Positions 20,819 to 29,541 are shown, numbered from the stretch's first letter. The stretch: 52,935 nt of DNA from an uncultured Clostridia bacterium (GCA_964454195.1 CAYVRD010000002.1:1-52935), one strand, 5' to 3'. Program-made: numbers and translations. The notes: a model not told the origin generated them from the letters alone.

Positions 20819-23800
20819 TTAAAATATAGTAATCTGTTGCTCATTTATTGTAAAATCCGAAAGCTCTAGTGTTTCCTCGTTCCCAGCTTTAAAGGAGACG
20901 TTTTCTTTATTTCTAAATCTATCTTCTATAACCTTAGCCACATAAATTTTATCAAATCTATTGTAGACGGCACTTCCTCCAATGCCAGAAAAGCACAGGA
21001 GCTGAATGTTGTATTTTTCGGCTATCTGGAACATGGGCTCTAATAGATGCTCTGCATTTGTTTTGGCAAAGGGGTTGTCCATAATTAAAATTTTCTTTTC
21101 TTCCTTATTATCAATATCCGATTCTCGTCTACGCATATATGACATTAGACTTGAGAGCAGAATAAACATGGACACAAATTTTTCTCCGCCAGAATTTTGG
21201 GTAAGGGCTTCTCGCCAGCTTTTCTTTACTAATCTGCTCTTCTCAATTTTCTTGATATCAACTCTTATTCTACTAACGTTGCCGATTAGCTTGCTTAAGA
21301 GCTCTGCACTGTTAATGTCATTGTCCAGGTAGCTATCGTAGTGCTCTGCAGAGCTGGCATAAAAGTTAACTCTTTCTTTAATGTACTCCTTTAATGCCTC
21401 TTCCTCTTTGTCTTCAGGTATACTGATCTCCAAAAGCTTTTGGGTCTTATCCAGATGTTTGATGCTTGATTTCTTGTCAATAGACTTAAGCTCCTGAAGA
21501 ACATTGTTGGCGTACCTTAAGACGTCGTTTAAAACCACCTCTTCTTCAGATTTAATGTATTTTAGATCTAATTCTAAGGCGTTTATTCTCCGGTCTACTA
21601 TTTCCAGAAGAGATTCTACATCGTTATGACTGGCTAGCTTTCTTTCCTTGTTCAAGTAGTGGTTTAGGCGCTCTTTAATAAATCGACTACTATCTCGGTA
21701 TTTCTCATAAATGGTGCGAATTACACTGGTAAGCTTGCCCTCCAGATTATAAATTTCTCTTTTAATCGCCTCATAAGCTTCTATGTAATCATTTACCCCT
21801 TTGATAGCAGCTGTTAGATCCTTAAAATCTAACGGAGCAATGTCTGAACTGCTAGGGCTAGAATAGCCCTTGAAGGAATCCAACTTTTGGACAAGAAAGT
21901 TAAGCTCTGTAATCTGACTTAGGTAGCCCTTGATAATATCTTCGTTTTGCCTTAAGTCCTCTTTAATTTTCTTTTTCCTAGCGATAAAGCTAGTATCTTT
22001 AATATTTTCCTTAGCTATTGGCTGGCTAAAGCCAAGCTCAATAATATCCTGCTGCTCCCGCTGTTTTTTAGTTGAGATGATATTTATAGCTTTATCTAGC
22101 TGATGAATTTGCTCTGTTAGCTGTTTTATCTGCTCCTCAAACTCTTGGATTTGACCCTTCAGCTCTTCCCAACGCATATCAGAAAAATTAACGGCTATAT
22201 ATTCTTCTTTAGCTATATTGCCTTCATTCGTCTTTCTTTTTAGCTTATCCTTGCCTTTGGCCAGGCTAGCACTTAGCCTTTTCTCTTCTTCCTTATCCCG
22301 CTTTATATTGCTATCTAGCCTTTGCTCACAAGCGGAGAGCTTAGCTTCGAGACTGCTTAAATCCTCCTGAATCAAGACTCCTGATTGGGTATTTTTGTAT
22401 AGCTCCAGCCTTTCCGTGCACCTAGAAATGCTCTGTCTAGTCTCGTAAATATTAATAGCCAGCCTATTTAGAAGTTCATGAGCTGTTGATTTTTCATTAG
22501 CTAATAGGTCTTCCTCTTTCTTTAGGTCTGCCATAATATTTTCTAGCTTATGATGCTCTTGGATATGCTTCTTATATTCTTGATGCTCCAGGATAAATCG
22601 GTTAAAGCTATCCCTTTTTTCCTCCTGGATTAGAAGTTCTTTTTCTAGCTCCTGAAGCCTTTTGTTGATAGCATCCTTTCGGGCCTCATTTTTATTTATT
22701 TCCTCTCGGTGTTGCTCCAATTGTGCCTCTAGCCCCTGGATATCCTGCTCTAGCTGGGCTATTTCTGTATTGATAGCAAGATCCTCATCCCCCTTATAAG
22801 GGTATTGGGCAATAGTCTGCGCATAGGCATTATTTCTGCTGATAGCATTTTTCAACTTACTAATGGTGGAAACATAATTCTCTATTTGCTGCCTTAATCC
22901 ATTTAATAGCTGAGTTCTTTCCTCTTCATCGATAAGCATGTAATTAAAGGCTACCAGGAAATCTTGGTTTTGAATAGTTAGCACATGGCTGTTCTTTGCC
23001 AAGGCTACAGCTTTATCTAGCTCACTTATATTTATGATAGGTATGGGAACAGAGGTAAACACATCTAGGCTCTCCTGCTTTAAAAGCATGATATCCTTAG
23101 GATTCAATAAAATGCCATAGGGAAAAAAGGGATTGTTATTAATTAAGCCTTCTTTTTCCTCTTTACTTCCTTTAAAGTTTTGTAGCCACTTAAGGGCATA
23201 TTGAAATTGAATACCCTTATTTTCAAAGCTTTTTAATACCTCTTTAGGCAGTTGAATCAGTCCTGTTTCATATCGGTGGACATCCTCTTCTAATTCCCTC
23301 AGGGTAGCTTCTTCTCTGTGCAGGGCATCCTGCAGCTTAATATTTTCTGTCTGTATAGCTTGAGAAAGCATAGACAGGTGAGTAGCTGGGCTAAGGGGGA
23401 GCGCTTTTATTCTCAATATTTCCATTATTTTTGCTGTTTCTTTGTTAAATTGGGCTAACTCATTATTCTTATTTGCCAAATCCAGCTTTCTTTCAATCAG
23501 ACTACTATTGGCACTGATAGCCTTCATTTCTAGCTCTAGCTTAGTCTCTATCAGAGAATTGAGCCCACTATTTAGCTCCTGCTGCAAATGGCTAATAGAG
23601 CTAAGACTACCCTCAATACTTACTCGGTAGTCATTTAGCTCCTTTTCATCATATTCATTTAATAACACATTTTTTAGCAGCATAAAGTCACTATGCTTTT
23701 TCTTGAACTGCACCTCTAGCTTTTCAAAGCTTTTGATTAGGCTACGCAGGGCCTCTTCTGCCCTAATAGTATCCTTTTGCAGCCGGTCATTAGCTTTAAG

Positions 23801-25153
23801 CTTTTGCTCCTTTTGCGCCACTTCCTCCTTAGCTTTTAGCTGCTGATTTAGTAGCTCCTCAAGATTTAGCTCTAGCTCCTGCAACTGAATTGTATAGAGG
23901 TTTTTTAAGGTAAATTTATAGTTGTTGATACTCTGGGCTATTTCCGAATCAGCTCTTTCGTAGTTAGCTATCCGCTCTCTTATTTCGGTGAGATTGCTCT
24001 CTATGGCATTGAGCTCTTCATATATCTCTGCACACTCCTGAATGTACTTTTCTTTTATAAGGCTTTGCTTTTGCTGAACCTTTGTAAGGTGCTCTTCCTT
24101 TAAATCCTCCAGCCTTTTTGTTTCCTTTTCCTCTTGAGCTTCCAGGCTGTAGTAGCCTAGGGAATGCTCTTCATAAGCTACAGTGATAAGCTCATTGTTT
24201 AGCTCTGTCCTAAGCTCTTCATGCCGGAGCTTTTCTGTAGTTCTTTTTACTAGCTCATCCTGACAGGATAGGGCTGTGCTGGAAAGCTGCTTGTACAGTG
24301 CCTTTCTGCTATCCTCTTTAACAATTCCCTGCCTTAAGAGCTGATTTGCTGGGAGCATGTCCCCCTGAAATTCCTTCAGTAGCTTTACCTCAAAAAAGGC
24401 TTCCTTGCTTCCCTTGTAGCTTTCAACATAATTTTTTAAGTTTTTTCTAATAGAATCAACCATATTTTTCTCGCCGTTAATTTTACTTTCAATTAAGGGC
24501 ACAATCACATTTTTTATTAGTGCCTCATCGGTTTTATGCTTGTCGTATAGGTTTGATAGTCCCGATTCATCGTTATTAATGCTTCGGATGATATCCTCCC
24601 ATTCCTTATAATCTATTCTGTAGGCTTTTAAGTCCTCATAATACTCTGCCTTTTTACTGTTGTCATTAAAGTTGTAGTATTTGAAATGGAGCTTGCCAGC
24701 TTTAAATTTCTTTATCCTGTCTTCACCTTCGGAGAAGCTTAGAATTTTTTTATCTTCTACAAATGGGGCATTTACAATGTCAAAGCTGTTAGGCTTAGAG
24801 TACTTATGTTGAAAGGCTAAAATTCTCAGTCTGTTTCGCTCGTCATCGGTGGCTTCTTTTTTTATAAGCATACCTACTAGCAGCTTTTCTTCACTGTCTA
24901 GAAGCACCTCATGCATTATATAGGTAGGGGTATTGCCTACAAAGTAATCATCGAATTTCCTGCCCTGCAGCTCCCTTTTATTTCTGATAAAGGGCTGGAG
25001 AAAAAACTGAATAAGCACTGTTTTCCCAATACCATTATCCATGGAAAAAAGAGTGTCCTTACCGTTGCCATAGTCAAATAGCTCATTGTAGATAGTTCTT
25101 TTGCCGTCATTGTAATTTAAATTAATTATTCTTGTTTTACACAGCTTAGGCAT
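20819..25153 (-). CDS. SMC-like coiled-coil ATPase (JetC/MksB-type architecture) with an atypical Walker B
   Basis: The N-terminal head carries SMDNGIGKT (Walker A, 25019-25042). About 1100 aa of heptad-rich coiled coil are interrupted by a non-coil hinge-like segment (...NNNPFFPYGILLNPKDIMLLKQESLDVFTSVPIPIINISELDK...). The C-terminal head carries the signature QNSGGEK and ILIMDN-PF (Walker B, 21074-21091). The track start at 25213 overlaps the upstream gene by 68 nt. An ATG at 25153 behind GAGGAGGAG gives MPKLCKTRIINLNY... and an 8-nt ATGCCTAA overlap, so I use 25153. Confidence 0.75.
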   Translation of the reverse strand: MPKLCKTRIINLNYNDGKRTIYNELFDYGNGKDTLFSMDNGIGKTVLIQFFLQPFIRNKRELQGRKFDDYFVGNTPTYIMHEVLLDSEEKLLVGMLIKKEATDDERNRLRILAFQHKYSKPNSFDIVNAPFVEDKKILSFSEGEDRIKKFKAGKLHFKYYNFNDNSKKAEYYEDLKAYRIDYKEWEDIIRSINNDESGLSNLYDKHKTDEALIKNVIVPLIESKINGEKNMVDSIRKNLKNYVESYKGSKEAFFEVKLLKEFQGDMLPANQLLRQGIVKEDSRKALYKQLSSTALSCQDELVKRTTEKLRHEELRTELNNELITVAYEEHSLGYYSLEAQEEKETKRLEDLKEEHLTKVQQKQSLIKEKYIQECAEIYEELNAIESNLTEIRERIANYERADSEIAQSINNYKFTLKNLYTIQLQELELNLEELLNQQLKAKEEVAQKEQKLKANDRLQKDTIRAEEALRSLIKSFEKLEVQFKKKHSDFMLLKNVLLNEYDEKELNDYRVSIEGSLSSISHLQQELNSGLNSLIETKLELEMKAISANSSLIERKLDLANKNNELAQFNKETAKIMEILRIKALPLSPATHLSMLSQAIQTENIKLQDALHREEATLRELEEDVHRYETGLIQLPKEVLKSFENKGIQFQYALKWLQNFKGSKEEKEGLINNNPFFPYGILLNPKDIMLLKQESLDVFTSVPIPIINISELDKAVALAKNSHVLTIQNQDFLVAFNYMLIDEEERTQLLNGLRQQIENYVSTISKLKNAISRNNAYAQTIAQYPYKGDEDLAINTEIAQLEQDIQGLEAQLEQHREEINKNEARKDAINKRLQELEKELLIQEEKRDSFNRFILEHQEYKKHIQEHHKLENIMADLKKEEDLLANEKSTAHELLNRLAINIYETRQSISRCTERLELYKNTQSGVLIQEDLSSLEAKLSACEQRLDSNIKRDKEEEKRLSASLAKGKDKLKRKTNEGNIAKEEYIAVNFSDMRWEELKGQIQEFEEQIKQLTEQIHQLDKAINIISTKKQREQQDIIELGFSQPIAKENIKDTSFIARKKKIKEDLRQNEDIIKGYLSQITELNFLVQKLDSFKGYSSPSSSDIAPLDFKDLTAAIKGVNDYIEAYEAIKREIYNLEGKLTSVIRTIYEKYRDSSRFIKERLNHYLNKERKLASHNDVESLLEIVDRRINALELDLKYIKSEEEVVLNDVLRYANNVLQELKSIDKKSSIKHLDKTQKLLEISIPEDKEEEALKEYIKERVNFYASSAEHYDSYLDNDINSAELLSKLIGNVSRIRVDIKKIEKSRLVKKSWREALTQNSGGEKFVSMFILLSSLMSYMRRRESDIDNKEEKKILIMDNPFAKTNAEHLLEPMFQIAEKYNIQLLCFSGIGGSAVYNRFDKIYVAKVIEDRFRNKENVSFKAGNEETLELSDFTINEQQITIF

Positions 25154-25868
25154 GGGACTCCTCCTCATTACTTTTTTCCCCAAGGATTCTGTTGATGTCC
25201 TCAAGCCTTTCATAGTCTAAAAAGTAATTGGCGGCTAGACGGTTAAACTTGGATGTAGGTATAATTACAGTTTCATCTTGAATATTAATGAGGCTCTCTT
25301 TTTTCAGAAAGCTCATCACCTGACTAATATACCATCTTCTAGTTTTGAAGACAGTGGCATCGTCTTCATTAGTTAAGGTAAACCAGTACTTGGCTATGTC
25401 AGTAATGACCAATCCTGTCTGTTCGTCTGCTGATTTATCCTCAGTACTTGAAAATAGCTCCAGTCTCTCTGTTATTTTTTCGTCTAGCTCACCAAGCTGA
25501 ATCAAATCCCTTATCTTTACATTACTCCCTTTGCCGCTGTAAAATTCCATGGTCAGCTGGAGCATGATGTAGATAGCTAGAAAGAGATCTAGGTTGCGCA
25601 TCTCTCCCCTAGGAAAGATTTCTTTTTTAAGCTCCCATCGTTTGTAGCCTAAAAAGTCATTGTCCACATCGGGAATTAGGTAGATGGTGTCATCGTACCT
25701 TTTGATGCTGACCCTGCTTTCTTCCTCCATGGCTTGCAGGATTTCCCTTACCTTGGCGTTAGTAAAGAACTGATACAGCTCCTTATCCTCCTTGGCAGTT
25801 AGCTCTCCATGGGCTAATAGGTAGTTATATATCCGCATAGCTCTTCTAATATCCTCTAATGTATACAT
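25146..25868 (-). CDS. Hypothetical 240-aa acidic protein, occupying the position of the KITE subunit (JetB/MksE) between the putative kleisin and the SMC ATPase
   Basis: This complete ORF is tightly coupled to both neighbours. Its size and position match JetB/MksE, but I cannot recognise a diagnostic motif by eye. Confidence 0.45.
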   Translation of the reverse strand: MYTLEDIRRAMRIYNYLLAHGELTAKEDKELYQFFTNAKVREILQAMEEESRVSIKRYDDTIYLIPDVDNDFLGYKRWELKKEIFPRGEMRNLDLFLAIYIMLQLTMEFYSGKGSNVKIRDLIQLGELDEKITERLELFSSTEDKSADEQTGLVITDIAKYWFTLTNEDDATVFKTRRWYISQVMSFLKKESLINIQDETVIIPTSKFNRLAANYFLDYERLEDINRILGEKSNEEESHA

Positions 25869-25876
25869 ATGGCTAT

Positions 25877-27472
25877 CTACTCCAATTTCATTATTATATT
25901 AGGGCAGCTTAATGTCTGGGCGGTGATAAATTCTTGTTCTAAGTCCCCTTGTCTTTTTTCAGCTATGGTAATTCTATCTTCATCCTGTGCCTTTACAAAG
26001 ACAAGAGACTTGAGGGCTAGAAATCTATACTTGTCATTTATTTCGTCAACCAGCAGCTTTCTTAGGTCAAACTCTATCTCATCGTTTTCGTAGGCCTTCT
26101 CTTGCTCTCTCATCATATCCTCTATATTAATGGTGCCTATGCGAAGAAACTCAATAAAAACCTCAGAAAGCTTTCGCACTGTTGGCACCAGCTTAGAATA
26201 GGTGTCTACATTACTGCGCTCATAATAATTAATCATTGCTTTTAGATTGGTGTTCCTATGATCTACTAGAAAGGCAAAGATGGAGCAGACAATATCTCTA
26301 TATTGCTCTTTGTTCCGTTGCCTCATGAGCAGCTCTAGATCTTGTCCTTCCTCGTCACTGATGAAAACCTCATCCCCATCATCTTCTCTATAATAGAGCT
26401 TTTGTTCAGTAAACATATAGTTGATGTTAAAGCTTTTTGGCAGACTAGCTCTAAACAGGGGGTTAAACAGCTTGTAGGCTGAGCCTAAGCTGGAGGCATT
26501 CTTTTCTATGGGCTTAAGCAGGTCTTCTTTAATGTTGATCCTTTTGTTGTTATAATAGTAGCTAGACTCTTCCAGGGCTCTCTTGTACTCCTCTTTAAAA
26601 TGGAAATGGCAGTTTATCAGCTCGCCTGCCTTAAAGGATATGGCGGTCAAAAGCTCCTTGATCTTACCTAGCTGCTTTAAGGATTCATAATTTTCCTTAG
26701 TAATTTCCCCTTCAGTTTTACTAAGCCTATCCTCCTCAATTATGATTACTTCTTTTAATTCATCAAATTTTTTATTTTGCTCCTTCAGTACCTCTATGTT
26801 TTTCAAGAAGTTGTCCTCAAAGGACTGTTGATCAATAGAAAAAATATTCTCCCTGGTCCGATAGATAAAATTATTTATCACATTAATTTGGGCAGTTATT
26901 AGGTTATTTAGATTTTCTACTGCTAATAGGCCTTGGGAAAAGTTCTTCTTCTTTAAGCTAAGCTCTAAAATCATTTGATTGATATCGATTTGGGTTTTTT
27001 CATCTACCTCTAAGGCGCCTAAAAGTAGTCTGTACCCCTCTTGGGTAAGCATAAAGGTGCTTTTGTTGTTGTCTAGTTTAGATGTCTTTTGCTGCAGCAG
27101 GTGGAAGTCAATGCTCTTTTTTTCTCCCGATACATAATCTATAGTTGTAAAAACAAAGGGTCTTCCATCGTTTCTAAGGATCTTATACACTATGAAATGG
27201 GTAATCTCATAGGCTTCCTGTTCTGTCAAGGATTTGTCAAAGTATTTATTGGCTAACTCCTCTAGCAGGGTTGTCATATTATTCAAGGTACATTCTTCAT
27301 CCTTTAGGGAACGGTCTAGCACGAAGCACATTAGGCTATAGACTAAGTTTATCAGCTCAAGGCTATTAAAATAGTCCTTGTAGGTGGTCAGCGTAGAGAC
27401 CTTGTTATCGACTAAAAAGGAATAGGATAGCTTTTCCATCCGCTTATGAAAGTTTTTTAAGAAATCATACAT
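25877..27472 (-). CDS. Hypothetical 531-aa largely helical protein, occupying the position of the kleisin-like subunit (JetA/MksF)
   Basis: This complete ORF starts 5 nt after the upstream stop, behind a GAGAGGAA RBS. Its size and position match JetA/MksF, but I recognise no motif by eye. Confidence 0.45.
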   Translation of the reverse strand: MYDFLKNFHKRMEKLSYSFLVDNKVSTLTTYKDYFNSLELINLVYSLMCFVLDRSLKDEECTLNNMTTLLEELANKYFDKSLTEQEAYEITHFIVYKILRNDGRPFVFTTIDYVSGEKKSIDFHLLQQKTSKLDNNKSTFMLTQEGYRLLLGALEVDEKTQIDINQMILELSLKKKNFSQGLLAVENLNNLITAQINVINNFIYRTRENIFSIDQQSFEDNFLKNIEVLKEQNKKFDELKEVIIIEEDRLSKTEGEITKENYESLKQLGKIKELLTAISFKAGELINCHFHFKEEYKRALEESSYYYNNKRINIKEDLLKPIEKNASSLGSAYKLFNPLFRASLPKSFNINYMFTEQKLYYREDDGDEVFISDEEGQDLELLMRQRNKEQYRDIVCSIFAFLVDHRNTNLKAMINYYERSNVDTYSKLVPTVRKLSEVFIEFLRIGTINIEDMMREQEKAYENDEIEFDLRKLLVDEINDKYRFLALKSLVFVKAQDEDRITIAEKRQGDLEQEFITAQTLSCPNIIMKLE

Positions 27473-27477
27473 AAAGC

Positions 27478-28491
27478 TTATTCCTCTCTAAGTAAGCCAT
27501 AATTTATAATCTCCTGGGGGATATAGCTCCCCTTTTGGAGTAGATGCGCAATTTTCTCACTATAAGTCAGCAGCTCCTGTAGGAAAATCCCTTTAGTGTT
27601 TTTATTTTGCTTGTCACTATATCTAGGTAGCTCTTTTCCTTCTTTTTGCTTCAGCATAGCAATGTAAGCATTTTTAAAAAGCTCTATGTTAAATTTTCTT
27701 GCATACCTATTCTTCAGCCTTTCGTAGATAGCAATGCCTTCATAATCTATGTCTCCCCAGTATAGTACCTGCGCTGGGTTAAGCAGATAATCCTCAACAG
27801 TATGCTCATAGTCCTCTAGCGACCGCTCGATATTCTTACCGCTACCGTAGATAATGGTATCAATAGGTTGTCCTAAAAATATGGTTTGCCCATTAATCAT
27901 TAGCTTTCTCAGGGTATACCAGGTGTCTTTATTTTCGATAATAAGCACCTTCTGCTTTCTCATTTTACTATTGGAAAAATAGACAAAAGGCTCTGGTGTA
28001 ATATAGATATTTAAATCTACCAAAGAAAGGCCCAAATTTTTTAGGATACTTTGTCCGCCACCATCCTTAAGGTATTTCTCTTGGCCCCATATTTCAAAGC
28101 TTCGCTCATTAATGGCCATAGGTACTATCAATTCGCTTTTATGATTGCGGAAGTAGTGGGCTAGCCTTCGGATATTTTCCTTATCTGCTTGGTATTTGAC
28201 CAGGTTGTTTAAGTAATATCCTCTACTAAAGCTGGAGGGAAAGCTATAGTTTATTTCATCTACTAAATAAGAAAGGTCTTGCACCTTGGGGTTTACCCGA
28301 TACTTGTTATACAGTGGCGGAAGCATCCCATTTGATTTGCTGGCTTTGACCTCCTGTAAGGCTCCATCAGCTACAAGTCTTTTAACTAGCTCCACCAGCT
28401 TAGGGTAGCTATCTATTTTAAAGTAGTCTTGTATTTCTGCTATGGTTAATATTTTCTTATTTAAGTCATAGATTGTTTTAATCTTAACCAT
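27478..28491 (-). CDS. JetD/MksG-like Toprim (DUF2220-type) protein with N-terminal wHTH-like region
   Basis: The 337-aa protein has KVLIIENKDTW (E186), YGSGKN, YWGDIDYEGIAIYERL (D247-x-D249) and a C-terminal YIPQEIIN. This is the E...DxD Toprim pattern and block order seen in the C-terminal domains of Wadjet JetD. Confidence 0.65.
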   Translation of the reverse strand: MVKIKTIYDLNKKILTIAEIQDYFKIDSYPKLVELVKRLVADGALQEVKASKSNGMLPPLYNKYRVNPKVQDLSYLVDEINYSFPSSFSRGYYLNNLVKYQADKENIRRLAHYFRNHKSELIVPMAINERSFEIWGQEKYLKDGGGQSILKNLGLSLVDLNIYITPEPFVYFSNSKMRKQKVLIIENKDTWYTLRKLMINGQTIFLGQPIDTIIYGSGKNIERSLEDYEHTVEDYLLNPAQVLYWGDIDYEGIAIYERLKNRYARKFNIELFKNAYIAMLKQKEGKELPRYSDKQNKNTKGIFLQELLTYSEKIAHLLQKGSYIPQEIINYGLLREE

Positions 28492-28504
28492 CTCCAGTTC
28501 AAGG

Positions 28505-28531
28505 GTGACAAAGGGACGGGGCTATTGTCAC
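28505..28531. repeat. Left inverted repeat, itself a REP-like hairpin
   Basis: In GTGACAA-aggga cggggcta-TTGTCAC, 7-bp arms close a 13-nt loop. The repeat ends 1 nt before the transposase stop codon (28533-28535), and its other edge lies 13 nt upstream of the JetD-like ATG (28491). Confidence 0.8.
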
Positions 28532-28532
28532 G

Positions 28533-29309
28533 TTACACTCTTTGAATTATCCCCCTGCCAATTCCTGTTATTCTCTCAATCTGTCTAATTGATAATCCAT
28601 ATCTTTTCTTAAGGGTTTTTATGTATATATTTCTTTGGTTTATGTCTAACTTTTGTAGATCTATAGCTTGATCAAGCTTACAGTGCTCCTTGATTATTTT
28701 TCTAGCATCATCATCTGTTAATCTCCGCTTTTCAGGTATATCCATACATTCATCATCACTCCCAGTGTTTACGTACTCAACAAAGTACCTTACTGCTTGT
28801 ATTCTATCTTTACTAAAAATATCAAGGGCAAAGTCAATATCACTCTTTTTGCTGTTACTTATTTCAGAATAGTCATTGTAATTAGTCCATTTATAATCTG
28901 AAATTTTAGTTGCTATTCCAGCCTTTATAGGGTTTTGAAATATATAACGAAGTGCTGTAAGAAAGTATGCATCATCCTCTACAGGTTCGCTTTTATAGCG
29001 ATCTTGAAATAAGTACCCTACTCTGTCATATTTTTTGTTATACCATAAAACATAGCTACTGCATATCCTTCTCATTACAATTTCTAATGGTTCCTTACCT
29101 TCCATTAATAGTAAATGTAAATGATTACCCATTAGACAATAGGCATATATCTTATAGCCACTAATCTCCTTGTATTTTTGCAAGGTCTGAACAAACCTAG
29201 CGTAATCTTCCTTATCCTCAAAAAGAGATTGACGATTTATTCCTCTCATAATAATATGATATATTCCACTTTTACTTTTTATCCTTGCTGTTCTTGGCAA
29301 TACAATCAC
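28533..29309 (-). CDS. REP-associated tyrosine transposase-like (IS200/IS605 Y1 HUH family) protein with a C-terminal DnaA-C-like HTH
   Basis: The protein has the HUH motif GNHLHLLL and the catalytic Tyr context LFQDRYKSEPV. Its N-terminus PRTARIKSKSGIYHIIMRGINRQ is typical, and the C-terminal end reads LSIRQIERITGIGRGIIQRV. The track start is a GTG at 29309. A TTG at 29298-29300 behind GGGGTGA would give the typical (M)PRTARIK N-terminus. Confidence 0.85.
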   Translation of the reverse strand: MIVLPRTARIKSKSGIYHIIMRGINRQSLFEDKEDYARFVQTLQKYKEISGYKIYAYCLMGNHLHLLLMEGKEPLEIVMRRICSSYVLWYNKKYDRVGYLFQDRYKSEPVEDDAYFLTALRYIFQNPIKAGIATKISDYKWTNYNDYSEISNSKKSDIDFALDIFSKDRIQAVRYFVEYVNTGSDDECMDIPEKRRLTDDDARKIIKEHCKLDQAIDLQKLDINQRNIYIKTLKKRYGLSIRQIERITGIGRGIIQRV

Positions 29310-29320
29310 CCCTATGGTAA

Positions 29321-29348
29321 ACTATACCACAGTGATGGTTTATGTCAA
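29321..29348 (-). promoter_or_regulatory. Near-consensus sigma-A promoter driving the RAYT gene and possibly the downstream array
   Basis: The minus strand reads TTGACA (29343-29348), then 16 nt, then TGgTATAGT with the -10 hexamer at 29321-29326. The -35 hexamer is partly contributed by the right inverted repeat. Confidence 0.5.
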
Positions 29349-29368
29349 TAGCCCCGTCCCTTTGTCAC
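29346..29368. repeat. Right inverted repeat of the RAYT unit
   Basis: This is the exact reverse complement of 28505-28527. Confidence 0.8.
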
Positions 29369-29401
29369 TTATCTGAATACTGTATTTCACAAGAAACTAT
29401 A

Positions 29402-29430
29402 TTGACCGTCCAGCTTGGGTATGATATATT
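29402..29430 (+). promoter_or_regulatory. Candidate sigma-A promoter of the amine-utilisation operon
   Basis: TTGACC (29402-29407) is separated by 17 nt from TATATT (29425-29430). Confidence 0.5.
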
Positions 29431-29492
29431 TTAGTTATTATTAGTTCAAACAGCATATATGTTTTGGGCAAAGATGTTCAAAAGTAAAAAGC

Positions 29493-29541
29493 AACGACGC
29501 TTTGAAAAGTATTTATACTTTTTGGAGCGTCGTTTTTTTTT
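29493..29541 (+). terminator. Intrinsic terminator inside the operon leader (candidate attenuator)
   Basis: A 19-bp stem pairs 29493-29511 with 29516-29534 (16 Watson-Crick and 3 G-U pairs) around a 4-nt loop. A run of 9 T's at 29533-29541 begins with the last two stem positions. The structure lies 39 nt upstream of the ATG at 29581, and no upstream plus-strand gene exists for it to terminate. Confidence 0.7.

Larger units (their letters stand above)
28505..29368 (-). mobile_element. RAYT/IS200-like unit: HUH transposase gene flanked by perfect 23-bp inverted repeats
   Basis: gtgacaaagggacggggctattg (28505-28527) is the exact reverse complement of caatagccccgtccctttgtcac (29346-29368). The two copies bracket the Y1-transposase gene. 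Confidence 0.65.

Noticed and set aside
25154-25213. N-terminal 20-codon extension of the SMC-like ORF in the track (start 25213)
   Set aside because: The extension overlaps the upstream gene by 68 nt. The ATG at 25153 has a GAGGAGGAG RBS and gives a typical SMC-head N-terminus, so the extension is probably not translated.
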